In this document: piece by piece, positions 51,301 through 61,703 of the stretch
How the letters are laid out: each line of letters begins with the position of its first letter
Position numbering within the stretch: the stretch's first letter is position 1
Assembly (NCBI GenBank): GCA_965637545.1
Contig: OZ281497.1
Location: forward strand, 28,830,001-28,894,000
Direction of reading: 5' to 3'
DNA: 64,000 nucleotides
From: Phallusia mammillata
Lineage: Eukaryota
Notes under the pieces: model-generated
What the model saw: only the letters and a program-made list of their open reading frames with translations
What the model was told of the DNA's origin: nothing
Database searches by the model: none
Made by a program: the position numbers and the translations under genes

Positions 51301-54300
51301 AACTTTCGATTTTTGAACAATCGCATTTGTCATCATCAATAATTGATTACATTGACCGATAGCAGATGGCAGATGGTATTGTAAAACCAGGCAGTAAATA
51401 AAAAATACAGAAAAGGCTAGATAATAAAATGAGAAACGAAAAAAAAAAAAAAAAAAGAAATGAAAAGGAAACAAAACTGCAATCACGCAAAAATATTGAA
51501 GCGCCATGAACAAATACGTTTAGTTTTGCTGTTAAATCGCAAGCTTGAAAACTGCTTATATAATTTTGCGCTATTCTTAACATCTACTGACCACATCTTC
51601 CAATGGTGGAGCAAACTGGTTTCCACTCGTGTTATTTCTCGTCAGGATCACCTGATACATAACCACGTGACCGCGCGCTTCTGTGATTGGATGAGGTGCG
51701 TCCCACGTGATGTTCATTTCGAACGACGAGATTGGTTCAAGTGAGGGGGAAGGCATAAAAACGGGAACTAAACGAAAAGAGCACGACACAAAGTTACCAG
51801 AAATTCGGTGACATTACAATTTTTTTGTGAATTTCCACCAAACCAGTTTGTGATTTTTAGTCCAAAGATATTGAGATAATTTTATACAGAGCAAATCAGA
51901 AATCAATGTGAATCATAGATTTACGGTTGTCAACGCAGTTTCGCTACATTTGTTTAAAAGTAAAATGTTGGGTCGTGTTTAAGCATTTGGTGTGTCAATG
52001 ACAAAGAACGACTGGAATTGTTTGTACACACGTACCACTGAAATGTTTGAATCATATCCTAAACTGTACGCTGCACACTAGTCCACGAATAACGCATTTT
52101 AACTACACTAAACAGTGTGAAAACAGACTCACATCCTTCAAGAGTTCGTGCAGTTGCCCACGGACTCTGAGTGGATCCAAGATTGTTGGATGAAGAAACG
52201 AGAAACTCGTACTCGGTAAACGGTTCCAACCCTTCCTGGGTAAAGTTGGTTCCCGGTGGACCCAGGGGGCTGTATGATGAGGCGGGAACTGGACGGGGGT
52301 TGTACGCCCCATGACTCCTGAACACGACCCTCTGTAGGGGGCGGTTAACCCCGTCGGAACCGGGTTTCCCCCTCATCATGACTTCGTATTGATGGATAAT
52401 ACCTGAGGAAAAGTTAGTAAATTACCTTTTGGAATAAAAAAGTTTGTTGGCTAAATATTTGTTGGCTCGATGCTTCCACATTAAAATATTTGTTATTACA
52501 TCAACTTAACAATACATTTTCATAATATAAGTAAAAATTACCTACATTCAGTCAGTTTAATTAATAAGTAGGTTTCTATGTACTATGTTTTTAATAAACA
52601 TGCAACAACACTCAATTTTTGAAACAAAATAGTTTGGTCTAATCAGTAATTCCTATTTAAAACAATCCAATATAAGTACTTACCTCATCTTAAACCGAAA
52701 CAAATACAGAAATGGACACAATTAAGCGAGAAAAGAAATGTTGCCTAAAACTTCTGTACATTAAGTTGGTAAGTTTTGAGAGTGAACTTTCTTGGTTTAA
52801 AAACATAAAAGTAAAGTTGATAGTAACCTCTGTTCAAACAATAAAATAAAATAATTCGAACCATTTGCTTTATCCGGCGGCGACCACGTGACTTGTAGTG
52901 ACGTATTTGAGATTGGGGTAATTTCGGGGACTCGCTGGTCTTGGGGTTTGTCTTCTGGGGTGATGACCACTACTGGTAGACTGTCCCCGCAACCACCACT
53001 TGTACAGGCGCGCAAAGTGAAAGTGTAATTTGTGAAAGGTCTGAGGTCTTCGATTCTCGTTGACGTCATTAATCCACGGTAATGTACTTCTACAACGTCA
53101 TCTACTTCTGTCGTCACAGACTGGAAATTAAAAATCATACGTTGCCTGAAGTTTATCACTGTAGCAAAAATGTAAACATATAACGGAAACGTAATAAAAA
53201 TTAACAGACTAATAAATAAAAAGAAAACTATAGTTTTCTTACATCATAAAAACACAAACAAACAGTTATACCGTGTCCAAAATATAAACAATGATGGTGC
53301 TTGTGAATGACTTATTAGCCTTTTCTAATTTTAATCTATTTAATTGCCCTTTGTAAACACTGAAGATGCTTTTTAGCGAAATTTACTTGTTTTTTATAAG
53401 ATTGTGAACTGATTTTAACCTAGAAATAAAAATTTCCCAACTTGTGACAAAATTTGAAAAAAAAATAAAATGTACATCAAAACATGCAAAAATGTTGTAT
53501 AACCTTATTCAAATCAAACAGAATCAAGAATTACCTGTAGTACATAAGTTTCAATTGGTCCATGCGCCACATGAGGTTCGGCCCAGTCAAAGTTAGCCCT
53601 TCTGGCTCTCACGTTAGACACAGTGAGTGGAGGGACGCCGGTGGGAATTCCTGCCAAGGTTCGAACCCTCAACTCCGGGCTTTCCACGGATCCACCGATG
53701 TTGCTCGTCTCAATGTAGTAATCATATGTTGTGTATGGAAGTAGCCCGGTGTCGTTGTACTCGTACGAATCGGAAAATGGACTAAACATTAAAGCATTTT
53801 GTTTAAAAACCTGTGTCATAATAGGGTAACCAATCTGTGGGTTACTGAACAAGCTTAGTGTAGTCAATTGAGAGAACGTTGAAAAAACAAAAAGTATAAT
53901 GAAAAACAAAACTGCCAGAGAGGCAGTATATAGTGCAGTTCGCATAATCCAAGCTTTATGACATATTTCTTGTTAATAAAAACTACAACACATGTTAAAT
54001 TTTACGATTGACAAACAATCCTGTCAGTTTGTCCCTAACCTTGATTCGTTGAAAGTGTATGTAAGCTCGGAATTTCGAAAGAGTTTGTAAACTAAGCTGT
54101 CTCCGTTCGGATGATCGGGAGGATTCCACGTCATCAATATCCATCGTGACGTCACGTTGCTCTGGGCAACAAAAACAAGTCTGTTACTTACATTTCGTTT
54201 ACTTTTAGTCTTTTGCTTGTTGACAACACTAGCAACGAGAGGTTGATCAAACTTAAAAAAATGTATAATTGGTTGGTAAGTTTTAAAAATAAAACTTTGA

Positions 54301-57300
54301 AGTTGGTTGAAAAACATCAAGGTAAAAGTTGATAGCAACCTCTGTTGGAGCTGCCTGCTGTTCAGGGTGGGAGTAACAGCCCATCGGATTAGTCGAACTA
54401 AGATGGCTTGATCCGGGGCGACAGGAGTCACATTGTTGACCCACTACGTTTCCTTTGCAATCACACTGACCTGTAAATATTTTGCAGAAATGTTAAAATC
54501 CACACAAATATACGATTAAGCAAGTTAGTTCAAAACATTCGCAGAGTGCTGCTTTTAAAACAGAGCATTACTTTGTCAAAGAAATATGACACAGTATTAA
54601 AAGTATTAGAAAACGCCTACAATACAAAACTTGGAATATTTAACGGCTGCGACGTATACCTGTGATGACGTTGCATTCTCCATTTTCACTTCCGGCTACG
54701 TCACATCCGCAAATCTCGCACGAACCGAACAATGGATGAAAGTTCCAGAATGTTGGTGCGCACGCGTCACATCTTCGACCGGTCAATCCTAGATAAAAAG
54801 AAGTGCATTAGATGGAACCGACCAGTGCATGTGGTCACTGTTAGATTTATTTCTACTTTTGATAATTTACAGGTTTGAAGTTGTTCTAGCATCAAATTAT
54901 TGCATGTACCAGAGGTTCTCAACCGTTTTTTACGAATTCCTCACTTTATCCATTCAAAACATTTTCATTCCTTTCCAAATACTATGTAGTACATGGTAAA
55001 CTATACGAATGTCATTTATCAACTTCACAGCTTAAGTGCCTGTATGCAAACCACATGCAAAATTTAAAATTAATTCCTCCCCGGTTGGGAATCACTGGAA
55101 TATACCGTTTGTTTGATGAAAATGTAAGATACACATTATACTCATATTAAAGACATATAATTGTACATACAATGACGAAAAGTTTGCTGCATTGTTCAAA
55201 TCATCAATTTGCTTTCAAAAACATTATGTCAAAATTATAGAAAACAAAAAAATGTCACACAGAAATCTCAAATATAATGTACAACTTATTAGAATGGTTT
55301 TAAAAGACCAGCTATAAATTCTCACCAGCTCCAGTCTCTTCGTCTTTGCACGGACACATTCCAGTGACGTTGTTGCAAACCTGACTTGTGCTCCCCACTG
55401 GGTGGCAGTCGCAGACCAAACAACCTGACTCGTTTTTGGCAGGAAGATAAAAACCTGAAGGTTCCAAAATTTGAAGATTTGTGAAACTTTACTGATGATT
55501 GATGTAGGATTTAAAGCAAAATTATTCAAATTGTCTCCAAGTTAATCAAGACTGTACGAGAGAGTATAACTTTGCAATATCTAAGTTGCGACGGCTATTT
55601 ACAAAACACAAAAAAAATATGAATGATTAAAACTTGGCAACAGATAACGTATAAATAGGTGCGCAGGTGCTTATTTAACGTTGGTAAAAATAATCTGTAT
55701 TATGAACCTATTTTCAGTACCTGGTGAACATTGATTGCAGCTTCTCCCCTCTCTGCTCGGTAAACACGCACATTGTCCACTGTTTGCGTCACACACAAGT
55801 TCATGAGGTGAAAGTTGATCACCAAGTGCGGTTCCTATGTCAAGATCAAATCAATGAAAAAACAATTATCAGCAAGTTTTAATGTGTAAACAATTACGTG
55901 TATGTATGTGACACGTTTGTATCTGAGTAGATTTTTTTGAAAAAAAAGCGAAGGAGAAATTCAAAAAAAAATAGATCAAATCACAATTTTTCCTTAAATA
56001 CCAGTAAAACAAGCATTAATTACCACAAGTTACTACAACTATTTGCATTAAACATGACCGGATGCATGCAAAGCATATACTTTAAGTGTCGAGATTCACT
56101 AGATTAAAGGGACCAAAATTGTACTTCGTCAGAATAAAAACATTTTGTATAAATTTTAACTTTTTTACTTGAATAAAATTAGAATAATAGAACACAACCA
56201 TTAGGATCACAACCACCAGGTACACACGTTCACTTTAGTGGGCTCACCGACAACATTAATAATCTGCGGAATTTTGCGATGTGAGCTCATAAAACGCATA
56301 CAACAGGTAATTTTTGGGCTGTAAACATGGTGCAAACAACTGAATCAAACCTTTAGGATCACAACCGCATGGTTCACATCCAGTAGGTAACGACGATCTC
56401 AGTCCGAAAGTGTTTCCTCTGCAGAGATTACAAACTCTTCCTCGGACGTTTTCCTTACAAGCGCATTGCCCGTCCACTTTACCACACAACAACGATCCAC
56501 CAACCGTTCCACGTTCATCACAATTGCAAGATTCGCAACCCTAAAATGTCGCGATGTATGAAGAGTTACAGAAAGTTGAATTACAAATTACAAAAAAAAA
56601 AAAAAAATTGCGGTAACTTGGAGTGGGAAGGTTAAAATGAGCACAATTTTAGGTATATTTTGTGTTTTTTGTAATCGTTCATCGAGTTTTTTGTTTTTTC
56701 TCTGAAAAAATTGTTTAAAAAAATTTACTGGTTGAATACACGTGGACGTGTCAACAAATGTATAAACAACGAATCAAAACGATTCACTCACCAATCTGTT
56801 GGATGCATTCAAGTTGTAATACTCGTCGACACATTCGTTACAGGTCCGACCTTTCGTGTTGGCTTTGCAAACGCATTGGCCAGTGTCCTTGTCACAAATA
56901 GTCCCAGGTTCCGTTCCCGCCTCGTCACACCCACATTCGTAACAACCAATCAGCGACAAGTTCCAAAACCCGTCCTCGCATTGGTCACAATACATTCCTT
57001 GGTGACAAACAAAAACGTTTTTTAGTACGAAAAAATTCAATAATGTAATGTATTGGGTTTTAATTTCATCATACAAAACTACGTTTTTGTGTCAAATGCC
57101 GTTTGTTTGTCTCATTTAATAAGTTATATAATTTGCCCCCTAAAATGGTGTCATAAAAACCCTATACAAACTGAATGAAAACTATTCAAAGGAAAATTTG
57201 CTCACTTAATTTATTTCAATAGTAAAATTTAAACAAACAATCTTTTTCTTAACGCTTTGGCATAAAATGATAAACTATCAAACAACATTGCTAACTACAT

Positions 57301-60300
57301 ATAATTTATTAAAGATGCAAGCATTACTTTCTTCAAATTATTGATGCAAATGACAATCTCCTTTAACGATTGAATACATTCAACACGACTAACCTTTAAG
57401 TTTGATTTACAGAATCAAATGTCAACTACCTTGTACGTTGGGTTTACACTCGCACTGTCCACTCATCCAGTTACAGAACTGATTCTGTGCTCCAACCCGA
57501 TTACAGTTACAAGGTTCACATCCCAGTGGATTCAAATCTGTCAGGTTCTTGAAGCCGTAATCACAACTGGAACATTGACGACCCCGCACATTTTCGCGGC
57601 AATCACATCTGCCTGTTCTCTGTGTTAAAAGAAAACAAAAAAAAATGAAGTATCGTGTCACTATGATGTCCCTAGATAAAAAACATAAATGTCATCTGGC
57701 TTGTGTTTTGTGAAAGAGTGAGATTTGTGCAGCTGTTCTAGCGTTTGTTTTTGAAGAACGATTAGTGAAATAAAGTGGAAAAAGCAGTTGAAACACAATA
57801 AAGCCACAAGATAACTTTCGACCGATTAAGTTAAATACCAATATAATGTTTCCGAAATATTTACTACTTCTAAAAAACTAAACTAATAACTTCCCACAAC
57901 CTTGACCATATTTTTTTCTGTTAACAGGGCAATTTGTAGACAGCAAGCTGATAAAAGAAGGAAAAGAGAAAAAGTTTCAGAAACATTGTTTTCAAAATAT
58001 TTGCATTCTTTCATCAACAAAGTAAACGCAGAAATGTTTTAACGATAAAGGCCTAGCTGACCTGATGACAGGTGATGCTCCGGTTGACTGTACCAGATAG
58101 AAAACAATCGCATTCTTCACAACCGGCTTCATTTTCTTTCTTTAAGTTGTAATAACCGTCCACGCATACGTTACATCTGCGTGAAGTCGTCTTGCTCTTG
58201 CACTCACACTGACCGTCGATCTGCGGACGAACCAAACAAACAAACATTTCAAACACTACATATTATTAAGTGTTTTGGGTACTGCTTAAGTACCCTGTGT
58301 CTGTTATGATATACCCTACGGTTTACCGTGCTCCCTGGTTAATGAGCACTCTTTAAGACTGTTAAAGAGGCGGCTCTCAACCTTTTTCTATTGCCAATGC
58401 CATGGCAGAATGCGTGAATAAAATTTAACCTTTTGCGATAATTTTACCCTGGGTTGGTGACCACACTATGCAACTATTTTGACTGACTCTTGTGTACCCT
58501 CATGTAACCATGCACTGTGTCAGTTGTTGAGGAGTCCTGGTCAGAAAGTTATACTTTTAACTTTTAAGTGTCAGCTATGATGTTTGTGCTTTTGGCGGGT
58601 TCAAGTCAGGTATTGGTTTGCAGTTTTTGACCCCAATTAAAAACAAAAACGTTTCATGCAAGCAAGTATTAAAGCTCATCAGTCACCACGACGGCAATTT
58701 CCTGCGGTAAAAATATTTTGCTGAACAAAGTGCTTCTTAGAGAACCGATAACAGTAAATGACATTCCAAGTGAGTTAACTAATGCTCATACTCGCAATGC
58801 CTTCAAACCTTTTCGCAGTCTCTTGTCTCGTTTGCGGTTCCAGCTCTGCTACAAGCGCACGGAGTGCACACGTTGATTGCATCTAGTTCCCTGTCAGACT
58901 TGCGGAAGTAACGTTCACTGCACTGCTGACAGTAGCGACCTGAAAAGAGGTTTCATTGTGATTTTTTTAAGTAATTAACCAGAGAAACTGATTGAAGCCA
59001 CGAAGACGATCGGAAGGAAGCAACTTCAAACCTCACAGCAAGTAGGCTCATACCATTTCGAAGTTTGTTATGACACGTTTAGTTTGATACTGTGACACTG
59101 AGCCGACTTCACTGTGGTTCCCAAGCAGTTGCTTGACCATTGTGAGCCAGTTCATCTGTGCTGTATGCCCACAGACTAGGTGATGCATGGTTTTTTTAAC
59201 CCTGTTGCTCCCAACAAACTGGAGTGCCGTTGAATGGCTACACTAGCCAATGCGGCCGATCTCTCGTCACCGGCTGCACTGATGAGACCTCATAGGTCGA
59301 AACAGTGTGCACTGTCTGCAGCTTATCATTTATTGGCTCTATGCTTTTACATCTAGTTTGTATTTTGTAGTAAAAACAGACACCTTATTTAAACATTCAA
59401 AATGAGACTTAACTCCCACCGAGCTGAAATACAATATAGTACAAAAATTTAACCAGTCGCCAATTACAATTTTGAACTGACGATATCAATAGTTGACAAA
59501 CGATATCAATAGTAGTCAAAGTTAAGGTCAGCAGCAAAATGTAATTTAGGCATAGCAGCTGTAAAGTCAGTGTGAGCATACCACATATATATCCTCCCAT
59601 ACCTGTTGTAAAATGTTGGCAATCATCGCACACGCCGCCTCCACCTCTGCTGTAATCTCCAGGAAAAGGATCCAAGTCTTGTTGATAATGGCAACTGTCG
59701 GCATGTTTGTTACACTCGCACTTCTGACAGTTGTACGGAGATGAGTTGTCACCCATATGATAAGGTTTGTTGTTGTACAAAGGCTTGCAGCGTTCACACT
59801 GGACAAACAAAACGCATAAGGTCTTGGTATAAAATAAATGTGCAAATTTGGATAGTTTACACACTGCATACATTTAAAATTAGGGCTGAGCACAAAACTA
59901 CACGCCCGAAACTGAACAGTTTAAACAAATCCCACGAAAGCCCGAAAAAGCCGAAAGTTGTTGTAATAGGACCACAAAACAAGCCAATGTCAAGTCAGGA
60001 CGGAATCAAGTCGAACAGTTCGACCGGGCTTACGATTCTGTGTATCGAACAAGTTTATGCTTAGTGTGATTCGTCACGTGGCAACTTCTTGCTGTAAGAT
60101 TCGGCAGGAAAGAAAGGTGAAACAAACCTTGCAAACAAACTACGTTATAGATAAATTACTAAACTTCAGTTATGAAAAGGTTTTGTAATCTACTCTAATC
60201 GACGACCTAAACCAAATCACATGGCAGGCTACTTTTAGGTCGCGGCACAAGAATTAAAACGTTGCATGTTTAAACTTATTTTAAATGACAGTGGTTTGAA

Positions 60301-61670
60301 AACGCCTATGTTAAGATGCAAAACCAGCTTACCATATTTCCATCTGTGTTGCTTTCCTCCAAACACTGACACTTGTACGGTTTTACTTGGGTGTCGCAAG
60401 ACTCAGCGTGTCCGTGACAGTTGCATCTGTTAACGGGAAATTATTCGTTAGAGAAGTGGAGGAAGAGACAAGGTGTCTAAACAAGGACAGTTTAACGAGC
60501 AACAAAAAATTATATGTTCGTGCAGAACATGACGTTTTTTTGCACATCTTATGTCAAGCTTTATTATTGTTGAGAATATATGTCGAAAACGAGTGAAACG
60601 CATCTAACCAGTGGATGCCGCTAGTCTCTAGTAATGTAAAATCTTACTTTCCGACAACTTGGATTCCCTTCAAACCGTAGTACTGATGTCTCAGATGTAC
60701 TGACTCTGCTTGTGTGAAATATTGGAACTGGAAACGAACTTGAACCTGTAAACACATGAAATAATCTTATGTAATACACGCTTGCTAATAAAGTGATATG
60801 TTTTACACCGTTTCAAATTACAACATTACAAGTTATATATTTTGCATTCCCTTCTCTTTTGATGCATTACTTCCGTGCGAAGCCGAACTGAATGAGATGA
60901 GTAAATAGTGATTTGATATGTTTGCGATTGTAGGGGTGCAAAATCTTTGTTAAATTAATTTGATTTTTATTCCAACGTAATTGTAACAGTAACAGAATTT
61001 AACGTTGTTGTGTTTGCAGTTGTATTCATTTTAGATTAGACCTTTTTCCAGGTCAAGACTTCGATTTTATGATGTTTGCTGTTTCAATAAACTGTTTCTG
61101 TGAGTTGTATTAATATCACAGCAAATTTTTATCAACTATATTATGTGTCGTAAATAGCTTTGGTCAAACGATTGAAAAACTTTCAATTAGTTAAGCAAGT
61201 GGTGATCAACATATTGCCTTGGAGACAATCAGTATCAGTAAAAAACGAGAAAAAGATTCATAACTACTTTTCTTGTTCTTTTTAATATTTTGTGGTATTT
61301 TATGATCACTTTCGCCCACCTTGGAAGCTTTCACAAAATTCATGAGCTCAGGCGTGCCATAGAAATCATGCTGACCAGGTCTCGGGTTTGGTTCCTTCTG
61401 AAGGAGACTGAATGTGATTGTGTTGTTTCTGTATGGAATCTCCTCAATTCTGAAAGTGAAAATGAGACATGCTGTATTTGTAATCGCGAAACACAACACG
61501 AATGCTTTTAAACACGATTTAATATTTATGAGTGTCGTACGAACGAACTTGGGTCAAAAAAGAAGTTTTACCGTCGGAATAAGAGATTTTTATAGTATTC
61601 TAAAAGCGCTAAAAATTGCAAAAAATAGACTTAGGTTTTGCCTAATGTTGCTGGTCACGTTGTTTTTTGT

Positions 61671-61703
<33 letters not shown>

